From the NCBI GenBank assembly GCA_029717555.1, contig JAMDHS010000018.1, forward strand, positions 248,001-283,987: DNA of 35,987 bases. The letters are read 5' to 3'. Positions 1-11,460 of this stretch are shown here, in pieces. The notes beneath the pieces were generated by a model. It was not told the origin of the DNA and ran no database searches. It saw only the letters and a program-made list of their open reading frames with translations. A program made the position numbers and the translations under genes. The stretch comes from Peribolospora baueri. Taxonomy: Eukaryota. Position 1 is the stretch's first letter. Every line of letters starts with the position of its first letter.

Positions 1-2955
1 GCGAATGGGTCAGGCTCGTCCTCGCCGGCCCGGCTGAGCCAGCACATGCGAACGGGGTCGAAGACCATATCTCCGACGACGCGGATGCCTTTGGCGAGGT
101 AGCTCCCACTCCCGCAGCCGCCTTGGCCAACGGTCGGTCCCACCCCGCCGACGCTTGCGCCGCGAGCGGACGAGCCGGCCACAGCGCCCGCGCCCACGCC
201 CACGCCGGCGCCGGAAAAGAAGGACAAGGAGGCGGTGGAGGAACCGGTGAGCTGAGTGATGAGCGCGGGACGAGTGGACGAGGAGAGTTGGTTGTTGAAC
301 TCTCGCAGGACGCCTTCGTTGCCCTCCCACCGTTGCTTGGCGGGGTTGTAGGTCATATCGCCAATAACTGCGACGCGTGCCGATAAAGCGAGACAGGTCA
401 GCGACGCTCAGGAAGCATTTTGATTCATGGGTTGCCAGGTTGAACTCACCCTTCGGCGTGCTGGGAGAACTCAAATTCCTAATCAATGTCGGCTTCTTCC
501 TCGCCAGCCGTCTCGTCCTCCTCGATTGGACCGCCCCGCCGGCCGCGTTCGTCCCTACCCCGCCTTCCGGTTTTCGCCTCGCCGACCGCGTTCCAGAGAG
601 CCTGGAGTGAGCGTTCGCTTGAGACATTTTGATCGTCGAGTCGTCCATCCCGGCGGACGGCGACGGTGCGCCAGCGCTCGAACTGGACCTCCCACCCGCT
701 CTCGCTCTGCCGTCACCGCCGGACGCCGACGCCGACGAGCCCGGAGAAGACAGGGATATGGAAACGACGGGTGGCTTTGCCTTTGCGCGCGAGCTGGCCG
801 TCGGCATGGTGAGCCGTACGGCTGCTGAAGACGTTGCCGGGGTGGAGGGTCTGGCGGGAGGTATGACGGGGGAGAAGGAGGGCGAGCTTGGTCGGTGTTG
901 TTGTTGTTGTTGATATCGGGACGACGCTCGTCGCTGAGCTTGGGCTCCGGACGAGGAAGGGATGGAGGAGGAAGAGGAGGAGGAAGAGGAAGGTCGTGAG
1001 GAGAACGTAGCGAGGACGACCTCGTCAAGGTGCATCGTCGTGGGGCGAGCAAAGGTCGTCGAAACGGACATGGATGACGGCGTGTGGGACGGAGTGTGGG
1101 CCATCCTCGTTCGCATCAGCGCGGCAGGCGACGTCACCGTCGGCGCGTGGGAAGCGCTACCGCTGGTCATCGAGTGGATTCGGTAACCTGGAAGGGGCTT
1201 CAGGACCGACCCTGTCGACCCGCCCACTCCGAACAACGCACCCGCATCGGCCGCCCTCGAGGCCCTCGAAGCAACCGTCGAAGCGGCATACGAAGCCCCT
1301 CTGCCGGTGCCACCTCTGCCAACGCCACCACCACTGCCTCCACCGAACCCATTCACGCTTCCGGTCACATCGAAAAAGTTGGGCAGGGACCGCTTTTTAG
1401 AAAGCCTCTTCTGCCGCTCCGCCGCCGCCGCCGCCGCCGCTGCTGCTGCTGCTGCCGGAGCCAACATGGACGAGGAGGAGGCCGTCGCGCCGGATCTGGA
1501 GACGAAGGCAGAGGCGAGCGGCGAGGAGTGGTTGGCAGCGGCTTTTTTATGTCGTGACGGCTGCGAGGCGGCGGCCATGGCGGTCTTGATGAGCCGCGCG
1601 GGTTTTACGTTGGAGGCCGCCGGCGGCGGAGGCGCCGGGCGAGTGGACGTCTGCGCGTCGTTCCTCTGCATCCAGCTAGGCAGGGAAGACGGGGATGGTC
1701 TGAAGACCTTGTGTGTGAGGCTCTTCGCCCTCAGCCGACTGGGACTGAGGTCCATGTCGTCCGTGATGACGAGCCCGCTCTCCACGTCCCCATCCTCCAC
1801 TTCGTCCACCAACGGCCCGCTCAAGCGTCCCTTTTTAGCCCCGATGCCGCCGCTGCCACTGCCGCCGCCACCACCACGACGACCACCACCACCGCCGAAG
1901 GGCCCTCCGCCGATGGAAGGGCGGTTGGACAAGCCATCGCGGAAGCCCGCAATGCCGCTCATCGAACCGAGGATGAGCTGACCCTTGCTACGCCGGTCGA
2001 GCAGGGATTGCAATTTGGCGACCGCCGTCATACCGTTCACTCCGCCGGCGCGGCCTGGACCGGCGGCTGGACCGGTGGAGATGGTAGGGTCGTCTTCCCC
2101 GTCCAGTGCCGGTCCGTCGAATAAGCCGTCCGGCAAGACGAGCCCATCCAACAAACCGTCCTCGCCGTTGGCGTCGTCGTCCAAGTCGACATCGCTCTCC
2201 GGCGCGCTCACGCTTGCGGCCGAGCTCGTGGCCGTGCTGGGGCTCGCGTGGAGCGAGGCGGCGGCAGAAGAGGTGCTTGCCAGGACGGATTTGTGCGGTG
2301 TGTGAGGAGGAGCGAGCTGGGGTGTGGCGGTGCCGACTGGCTGTGCGGGGGAGGGGGCGTGGCCCCAGAGGAGACCGTCCTGCTCGAGAGAAGGATGGGA
2401 GCGTTGTCGAGCTATGAGGGGCGACAGCTGTAAATGCTTGACGTCCGGGTCAAGGTCAAAGTCAGCCTCGTCGTTGGCGTCCTCGTCGGCTTTAGAGGAG
2501 AGGGCGAACTTGGCGAGGGAAGGATGGTGAAGCGCATGGGAAGCGGAGAAGCGAGGAGGAGTGGGACGGGCGGCGCAGCAGCTGCTCGGGGAGGCGGGGA
2601 GGGAGATGGAAGTGTTGGAGAGAGGGGTCGACGGGCGTCCGAGTGGGGGGGGAGAGAAGCGGGAGGCCGAGTCGGCGCCGGCGGACTCGGAGGTGGAACC
2701 GGATCCGGAACCGGAGCCCGATCTGGTGTAGGAGGAACCGTGAGCGTCGTCGGGGAGGTCGTCGAGGTCATCGAATGCGTCTCCCGCGGAGGATGCGCGA
2801 GCGGCGCCGGCATCGTCGTCGAAGGGCGACGTGCGTAGACGGCTGAGAAAGGCGGCGGCGGCGGAACGAGGGCCATCGTCGTGGGGGATGTCGAAGTCGC
2901 CGTCGTCCCAGTCTTCGACGGGAGGGGAGGAGACAAGGAGCGACGCGGACGCCAT
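1..2955 (-). CDS. BFA1: Byr4/Bfa1-family mitotic exit / septation GAP scaffold subunit (3' end truncated by window edge)
   Basis: ATG at 2955 opens a long disordered Ser/Pro-rich exon (2955-450) ending in RKKPTLIRNLSSPSTPK. A GT-AG intron at 449-368 restores the frame to VIGDMTYNPAKQRWEGNEGVLREF...RPALITQL...VVGDMVFDPVRMCWL...EDEPDPF. These are the two imperfect C-terminal repeats typical of Byr4/Bfa1. The ORF-track C-terminus past 450 is intron read-through. Confidence 0.85.
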
Positions 2956-2981
2956 GGCCTAGGAGGGGTTAGGCAAAGGCA

Positions 2982-3027
2982 GTAGACGTGGATGTGGATG
3001 TGGATGTTGATGTGGCTGTGGTTGTGG
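2982..3027. repeat. degenerate hexamer repeat (GATGTG-like) immediately upstream of the BFA1 ATG
   Basis: gtagacgtggatgtggatgtggatgttgatgtggctgtggttgtgg is seen directly. Confidence 0.7.
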
Positions 3028-3363
3028 GATATGGCGGGGCCGGTTCAGTTCAGTTTGTCTGACGCGTTGACCGTCAGCGGAGGGTTATCTCGGCGACGAG
3101 AGGGATCGCTCTAGTGGGTGCGGCGGTCGTCCACCTCCATCCTATCCGATAGTCGTTCCCTCTCGTGGTATCCGGGTGGAGATGGAGAAGGTACGAGGTG
3201 AAGCGATGCACACGGCGACGGAGGCGGGGAGGCGAGGCGGAGCGAGGAAAGGACCGGCCGGCGGTGTGGGTGTGGGGGAGAGCGAGGGCGAGAAAGGGGG
3301 AGGAGGGAAGGGGAGGGGAGGGGAAGAAGGAGATGGTGGTGATGGGCAAGGAAGGGGACAGCA

Positions 3364-3410
3364 ATGGTGATGGTGATGGTGATGGCGATGGCGACGACGA
3401 CGGCGATGCT
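3364..3410. repeat. compound (ATGGTG)n/(GAC)n microsatellite upstream of BFA1
   Basis: atggtgatggtgatggtgatggcgatggcgacgacgacggcgatg is seen directly. Confidence 0.75.
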
Positions 3411-4000
3411 GGTGGCGGGCGAAGACGTCGCGAATAGGGCAGGCCGAGTGGGCGGGAAGGCGGATGATTACCATGGGGTTACAAATGACGATTACAATGG
3501 GATTACAAAAACGACAGCGACGATTAGAACGACAACTACAACGACGACGAACGGCCCCTTAATAAATCGAGCCGCGTCCACTCAAACAAAACGCGCGAGG
3601 TTTAATTTCAAACGACGTGGCGATTCAAGTCCGGCATTACGGCCGGCGGGGTCGAAAATGAAGTCACTATTACGGTCGGCGTCTAACTGGACGGACGGGC
3701 GGCGTCGACCGGCATCGCATCGCATCGCCGATTCATTCCCCCCGTCCGATCTCCAAGCCACGCCCAAGAGCGATCCAGTCCTCCTTCCGCACTCCTCCTA
3801 GATAGCGACCCTTCATGGACCTCTACGTCTTTCCCCCAGTCCGACCGAGACACACTCGCCGTGCGCTCGACCGAGGAGATACGAGCGCGTAATAAGGCTC
3901 CCCGACCGTCGGAGACGGGGCGCGGGCAGGGCAGGTGCCAATGGTCCTCGCTTTTACCCGGTGCCATCTACAGTTTCCCTGTCGCTTTCCCGGTTGGCTC

Positions 4001-7000
4001 CTAATGGTCGCCTAGGTAGTTGGCCTTCGTGCCGCCTTTGCCCGGAGAGATGGGGTCGAGCGGGTTGTCATAGTACAACGGATGACCTGCCAGAAAAAGA
4101 AAGAAAACACGGCACGGCGCTCAGTCCCCACCGTCCACGCTTTCACGCCGCCTGATCCTGCCCCTCCATCGACCTACCGAAATTCTGGAACCTGGTTCGG
4201 TACGACGATCGCCAGGCCAAACGAAACAAAACAAAACAAAGCAAACGTCAATGCCGAAGCGGACCACCAGCGTCACCGACGCCGAGACTCACTTGTGCAA
4301 TGTCGGGTGATTGACCTGTGCAAGAAAAGAAAAGAAAAGCCAAGGAGGGCAGAAGGGGTGAGAAGCGACCCCGAACGAACGACTTTTGATCACCACATCT
4401 CGACTCACCCTGACACCCGGACGGACATAATCGCCCGGCCACAACCACTCGTCCGGCAGCGTGTCGTTACCGACTCTGTACGGCAGAGCGTCCGCGTCCG
4501 GGCTGATGGCCGTCGAGGGTACGATGAACCGGCCTATCTGCAACTCGGTATCCGTCACCGTCGAACGGCTCACGCGGGCGTAGCCGATCCGGTAGAGCCC
4601 TCGCCAGCCGATGTATTCGCACCATCGATTCATGTCTTCGGGCCTGCCGACGGGGACGGGGACGACACGTAGACGTCAGACAAGGCCACAGGCCTAAGAC
4701 GGACTGGACTACAGGCGCCGAACTGGGCATGCTCACTCGATGTCAAATATCTTCCCATCTTCGTAGAGAATCTTGTACGGTGCCGGTCGTTCCGCATGAG
4801 GTTTTGTGACCACGTAGCCGCTGGATGGAGGAAAGGACGGGGGAGCGGGGCGGATTGGGTAAACCAAACGTGTTTTTGGAAGCACAGAACCACAGAAGCG
4901 GGCGGGCGACGCAGGCTCACATGAAAATAGCTCTGAGTGCGGGCGAGGTTGGAGGGATCTGATTCAGCACGATACCGCAACCCGTCGCCACGCCATCCTC
5001 TGACAACTGACAACCACTCACGGGTGTGGATAGGCTTCTTGACCCAATATCCTCGCCAGCTCTCTCGTCTGGAGTTCCCTGTCCAGCGGATCCTCCTCTT
5101 GTCCGTTATGGCTGACGACCACGTGCGTGAGCACGCCATAAATGTCGAGCACAGCGTGAATTGCGGGAGCGAGTTCGCCGTGCGGCGACGGCAGCAGATG
5201 ATGCGTCGTGTTCACAATCGGGAACTGTGGATGCAGTTTGAGGGAGACGAGCGTCGTCATGAGCCAAATGGGCAACCGGGAGGGCCGTCAAGTCGATGGA
5301 GGTGGACGGGCTCACTTTGGACAAGAGAATACAGCCCCAAGTGTGCTGGAGCAGGACATGGGCGAATGTAACGTCAGAGGGGACCCTCCCATCTCGCTTG
5401 GGACAAAATATAAGGAACGCACCTTGTTCGGCCCCGGACCGACGTCTGCGTACTGTACCGAGGGGCAAAGTGACGTGAGAAAACGAGCGATGACGGACAG
5501 ACCGCTGCCTCTCACCATTCCCAGCTCGTCCTGTAACCACATTGTCAAATCGCGGTGTCCGTACACGCCACGCTGCAGGTCCGTCTCGAGCAGGCCGACG
5601 ACGTCGACTTGCAAGTCTTTCAGCACCTTGCTCATCCGCCGAGTCGAATCGTACATGTTCTGATCGAGGCCGAAATGCACGGTCCATATGCCCGCTGTGA
5701 CGATGCGATGGTCTGGCAGGTAGGGCGTCGGCGCCGTGGTCGGGGTTCGCAGGACGCAGGTGAGGAAGGAGAGCGCGACGAGGAGGAGGAGGAGGGGAGT
5801 CGTCAAAGTCAGAAGGGAGACGGACGACGTGGCCCTGCCGTTCGTCTTTGCTGAGCGAGACGAGCTCGACCTCCGTATTTGAAGCATGCCGACGGCGATG
5901 CCGGTCATGACCAACGCAAGCACGCTGTCGCGAGGGACACGTCCCGACCAGTCCAGTTCGATAACCGGCGCATGAGCCGCGGGCGTCTTTTAAAGAACGC
6001 AAGAACGTGTGCATCAAAAGTGTACTCGCCTTCCAGTCCTCTCTCTGAACACCCAACCGCCCGGCACAAAGGCATAAGCAGCCGTGAGAGTGAAACAGAA
6101 CGTCAAAGCAAAGTGCACGCCCCACGCGATGCCCCACGTCCTACCCGGCTCGTGGAGGACCACTTCCCTGGCGAAAACGGGAAGAAGGGCGGGAAGGAAA
6201 AAGGCGAGGGCGAGTCCACCGTAAAAGCTTGTCCAGTCAGCGTACATGTGTAAGATGTAGGTGCCTGCGGCGCCGACGAAGAGGAAGAGGGGTGACGTAG
6301 GGGTGCTCGGCGACATGACGGACAGGAGGAGGCCGAGCGCGGCGGCCGTGAAGACGAGGGCGCCATGAGGGACGGGCGTGGGGCTGTGGAAGCAGGAGGG
6401 AGAACGACGGGCGATTATGAGACGCTGGAGGTATGTCCATGAGTCACCGACACCGACACGGTGAAAGCTCACCCTTTGACCGGCCACCCCGTCCAAGCCC
6501 AAATGATAACGCTCCCGGTATCGTTCAAGAACTCCCACACCGCGAATAACAAACAGCCCAAACCCACTCCGGTAGCCCATCTCCCCGTCCTCTCTCCCGA
6601 CACGCTGTCATACGCTCTCAAAGAGCGTAACGCGGCCCCCGGTCGTGGAGAGCGACGAGCGAACTCGTACAGGGCCAGCACGCCCAAGAGGAGGCCGGGC
6701 ACGTGGAGACCGCCGTTGGTGGAATTGAGGAACGGCCAGAGAGGGTTGTTGGAATGGTTGGCTTGCTTCGCGAGGAGGGTCAGGAAGAGACCCAGGACGG
6801 AGACTGGCGAGGTGGTAGAGGCGTTACGAGGCGAGGCAAGGTGGTAGAGACGTTACGAGGTGAGACTCTTTTGAGAGAGACAGAAACGAGCTGAGAATCC
6901 TGCGAGACGCAACTCACCCACGGCCTTCTTCGTGATCCCCCCTTCGTCCCTCACCGTCGCCCAATCCACAGCGAGCGCGATCGAAGCGGCGACATTGCCT

Positions 7001-8917
7001 GCAGCGACGGCGAGGACTCTCAAAAGCGGATTTTCGACGGACCAACTCCCGATGCCAAGGACCATGGACGCTGCGTGCAGCTTTACGAGGGCCGAGCGTG
7101 CGCGGACGGGAGAGGAGAAAGTGGAGCGCACGGAGTCGTAGGAGAGAAGAAGTGGGGAGAGGGTGGTCAAGAGGAGGGCCTCGGTGCCGGAGATGGAGAG
7201 AGACCAGACGGAGAAGAAGAAGACGGTCGGCTGGAGGGCCGTCGCCGTAGTCCACCAGAGGTAGGCTTCGCGTTCGGCGAGGGGAGTGAGCCAAGGAAGC
7301 CCGGTCAGCTGGCGGTGGTCAAGGGGCACACGAGACGGTGACCGCTTGCTCACAGAGATATACGTCCATCGCGAACCTCCTGACCTGAACGGCGGTGGAT
7401 AGAGGCCCCTCGTCGACGAGCACCTCCTCCCAACGGACCTTGCTCTCCTCCTCGTCCATGTCCAACGCCGCGGTGGCACTGCGCTCGATGGCACAAGGTA
7501 GGTTGATGCGTGAAGCAAAAGGTACCATTGAAGGAGGGTCGATACGAATACACAGACAGGATCAGAAGAGAGCCGAAACGGAGACGGCGTCGTTCACGAG
7601 CGCCGAATGACAATTTCGACGTACCCTCCCTTCTCATTCTGATTCGCGATCGCCGCCCCGTCCGCAGCGCCGGCAGGGGTGGTGTCGAATGCGACGCTGG
7701 GCGCCAAGGTCTCGGTCGCGTGCGTCCGGTCGATGACCCTGAGTTCGAGGTGGGCGAAATCGAGTGAGGCGGCCGAGTCGAAGAGAATGTCGGTTATGAT
7801 GAGGCCCTTCAGTGGTGCGGTAGGTTCGGCGGAAAGAGGAAGGAAAACCAAAGGCGGGAAGAGGTTCAGTATCGTCTGACGACCATGGGGAGGCGGTCGC
7901 AGACGTGCGTCCACTGACCCATTCGAAAAAGGCGTAGCGAGTGTAAGCGCCCGGTTGGAGCTCCACCTTGTGCTTCCAGTCTGGGCGGCGAGAACGCGAC
8001 GCATGGACGCGAAACAGAATCTCAGCGACGGAGCGTATGAGAAGGAGAAGAAGGAAGAGAACGATGGACTTACAGAAGTGGATCATGAAAGGTACGCAGC
8101 TGGCGAACGCCAACGCAGCGTTCCGTCGGAACGTACGCGCCCGTCTCGACGCGGCGGCTGCGTTAGCATCAGACGAAGTGGGGAGGCATATCGAAAGGAT
8201 CATGTAGGGAGGAGTTGCGGCGAGATAGCTGTGACGGGGGTCGGCGGGGTGAGTGTCAGGCAGAAAGGGGAGATGAGGTACGCTCATATGAGATTTGGCC
8301 TCCTGAGGCGCCGAATCGCACGGCGAGCCACTGGGTGGCGCTCGAACCACCTACGTGATCATGAGGACACTGGGGTGAAGAGCGAGCGGAGGACACACAG
8401 GACGAGGGGAACCCATATCAGCTCCGGCGGCGACGACACAAAGAAAGGAAGAAAGGACAACGGCGAGCTCCCCTCCCTCCCTCTCCACTCACTCATGCCA
8501 AAGCCCATGATCCGAGGACGTGATGTACACCCAACCGCCGCAACTGAGCGTCCTCACCAATCCGGTGACCAGCAGCGCGAACGGGCCCCATCCTTGAACG
8601 CCCGCGGCGGTGCGGGTGAGGAGCCACATGAGGGCGACGAGGGCGAACCTGGGCCCGCTGGTCATGGCGATGCCGATCTGGAAGAGGTTGCGCTCGGGGA
8701 ACCAGTCGCCGATGGTCGCGCTGACGGAGGGGAACCATTCTTGCGGGTAGGCGGCCACGCCGTTCTTGACGACCTTGACGTAGTGCAGCGCGCAGGCGAG
8801 GACGAGGGCGAGGGAGAAGGCGGCGAGGGCGAGGAGGGTGTGTAGTTGCGGTATGAGCGAGGCGCGCAACGCGACCAGCGACGCCGACGAGGCGCCCGGC
8901 CGGAGGTCGTTGGGCAT
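4001..8917 (-). CDS. CWH43: CWH43 / PGAP2-interacting protein: GPI lipid remodelling to ceramide (Frag1/DRAM/Sfk1 N-terminal domain plus C-terminal endonuclease/exonuclease/phosphatase-like domain), many exons
   Basis: The spliced reconstruction gives [153 protein letters not shown] and [20 protein letters not shown]. Likely ATG is 8917 (MPNDLRPG). The last exon 4086-4001 ends in TAG. Confidence 0.93.
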
Positions 8918-9366
8918 CGTCGGGAGGAAGATGGGAGGAGGGACGATGGCGGTGAAAGATCGTAACGTCGTCTCGTATGGTCTCGTCCAAGCCCGCGTTC
9001 GACACAGACGCAACGCATTCGAGGTCCTCTCGGGCCCTCGGCTCTTCGGTCGTCCTCGGAGAGCCCGCCCAGACTCGACCTCGCCGCGGGCATTTCGAAC
9101 GCGTCGATCGGGGGCCGCACCGACATAGGCGGACGACGGACGTATTCAGGTCTGATAATGAAGCACCCTCGCCTCCGATGTGCCCATCCAACTTGACACG
9201 GCAGCACACAGCTGCACCGAAGACGGCAGAAAGGGGACCGACGAAAGCGTTCTAGCTCGGAGAACGAAGTTACGTGTAGTCGTACAAGGGAGCGGGACCC
9301 GGTCGGCAGCAACGCCGGTGTATCAAAGCGGAGAGAAAGGGGAGCGAATGGGACGGACCTTCCAGA

Positions 9367-10939
9367 TCAACACCCACAGGCCCTGCCAGCTACTTCCGAG
9401 CCGTATCCGACCCAGCCCTGGTCGGCGAGGCTGATGTTGCCCTCGGAGCTCGTACCCGCCGAGGGGGCCGGTACACCGCCCGGCATGCGGTCGCCCGGAC
9501 GCCGGACGCCGGGCGAGGTGCGTTGCCATAATGCTGGGGTGGAGATGATCTGTAGAGGCGGTAGTGAGCCCGAGCGTTGGAGGGGCACGGAGGAGAGAGG
9601 AGGTCGGTCTCACCCATCGACGATCACCCAAAAGCGGCAGTGCGGCCGAGCATGAGAACGGCAAGGCGATACGGTCGCCGCGCTCACCTTATTGACCAAC
9701 CCATCAAACGCTCCCTGCACGCCCACGCCCTTCTTCGCGCTCGTCTCCACGAACAAACACCCCATGCGCTTTGCGAAAGCCTCGCCTTCTGCGGTCGTAA
9801 CCATCCGGGCGAGTTCCTTTTGGGGAAGGGTGGGGTGGAAAGGAAAGAGGCAGCGATGAGGTCGATAGGTCAGCTCGGAGTGTGGGGCCGACGGAGATGT
9901 AACGTGAAAGGGAACATACCTTGTCCACCTTATTCCCCACGATCATCTTCACGATATCTGGACCCGAAAAGGTCTCTAGCTCGTTGAACCACGTCGGCAG
10001 CTGGTCGAACGTCTCTCGCGCCGATACGTCGTATACTGCGGTGGAGGGAAGGCGGGGAGAGAGGCACCGGCTATGTCAGGTCATTGCGCCGACTCGACAG
10101 GCAGGCTTCAAAAGGAAAGGAGGTAGACAGATGGGAGAGAAGGAGTTGAACACGCACCCAGAATGACGCCTTGTGCGCCACGATAGTAGCTCGACGTCAA
10201 CGTCCTGAACCGCTCCTGTCCCGCGGTGTCCTGTGGAGCAGAAGAGTAAAAATGAGGAGAAGAGGAACCCGTTGATAAAGATATGGTGAGAGATGGGCAT
10301 GGAAAAGGCGCAAATCCGGCCTCCAAAGCTGAGACCATCCGCGTCGTACTCACCCATATGGAAAGCTTGTACTTTTTCCCCCCCACTTCGATCGCCTTGA
10401 TCCTGCAAGTCACGGCAAGACCAGGAAAGTCAGTCTGAGAGACGAGGCAAGAGAATGTCCATAGAGACATTAACGCTGCCTTGAGAATTGACCGGAGCCC
10501 ATCATCTAGAGCGCGAAGCCCGCCGTCTCCCCGCGCCCTGCTCTACCAGGTCGGCCGCTATCACTCACTTATAATCCACGCCGATCGTCGGACTTGTCTC
10601 TTCCGGGCTGAGGAAGGTCTCATCGGTGAAGCGGAGCAGGAGGGAGGACTTTCCAACCGCAGAGTTTCCTTCAGGAGTGCGAGCCAATGAGGGAGGGGAG
10701 AGGAGGAGCGAGGCGTGGCGTGGTCGCAGGCGCAGACGGACGTAGACGCACGTAGACGTAGACGTGGACGTCGACATGAATGTGGACGTGGGAATGAAAG
10801 GAGATGGGCACAGAAGACGGGATGAGGATACGAACGACGCTCTGATCCTAGCTAGGACGATTGAACAAGGCGCACCGATTAAGAGGAGCTTGAGCGTCGG
10901 GACGTCGTGCGACGGCAAGGGATCGCTGGCGGATGACAT
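9367..10939 (-). CDS. RAB18: Rab18-like small GTPase, 7 exons
   Basis: Spliced motifs: [22 protein letters not shown] (P-loop), [59 protein letters not shown], and C-terminal prenylation motif [24 protein letters not shown] and IISTPALW resemble Rab18. Confidence 0.88.
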
Positions 10940-11460
10940 GATTTCCGTGGTACGGCAAAGGCAGGTTTAGTGGTGGCTTGGGATACCCGTGCAAAGGTCT
11001 GTCTAGCCTGCCCTTCTCATCTGGTTGTGGTACAGGTGGCCGGCGAGCGGAGGTGAGCGTTGTCTGTCCGTCTGATCAGGGGGTGTTGACGAGGAAGGGG
11101 TGGGGGCAAGGAGGAGGCAGCACAGATGCAGCTTGGCTGAGACGAGAAGACGACGGTGCAAGGTGGCGTGGCAGCTGGAAGAAGGTCGACGTCGGCGTGG
11201 TTGGACGAGGTGGTGGTGGTGGTGGTGGTATGAAAAGCAACTTGCACCTCCCCCTCGTCCTCCATCCCCTCGACCGTCCACCCCCGGCGCGACGTAACAT
11301 GACCCGACTCGACTGCCCGATCGACTCGCTCGGCACCTTTCCGCCTTGCGTCCATCTCGAACGAGGCGAGGACGAGAACATGTGAGTGACATGACATGAC
11401 ATGACGATCAGCCCTGGTCGTCGAGGGAGTGAGTGAATGAGTGACACACAGGCCGTGAGG

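Noticed and set aside
10..449. Arg-rich C-terminus of the 981-aa ORF
   Set aside because: It is an artefact of reading through the 449-368 intron. The spliced frame gives the conserved Byr4/Bfa1 repeats.
3364..3801. 145-aa ORF beginning MVMVMVMAMATTT
   Set aside because: It derives from a microsatellite, is antisense to the BFA1 upstream region and has no protein-like features. It also shows that Met-rich frames can arise by chance here.
10733..10790. Hexamer repeats (GACGTR) in Rab18 intron 1 considered as a CRISPR-like or structured RNA element
   Set aside because: It is a simple degenerate microsatellite without spacers, in a eukaryotic intron.
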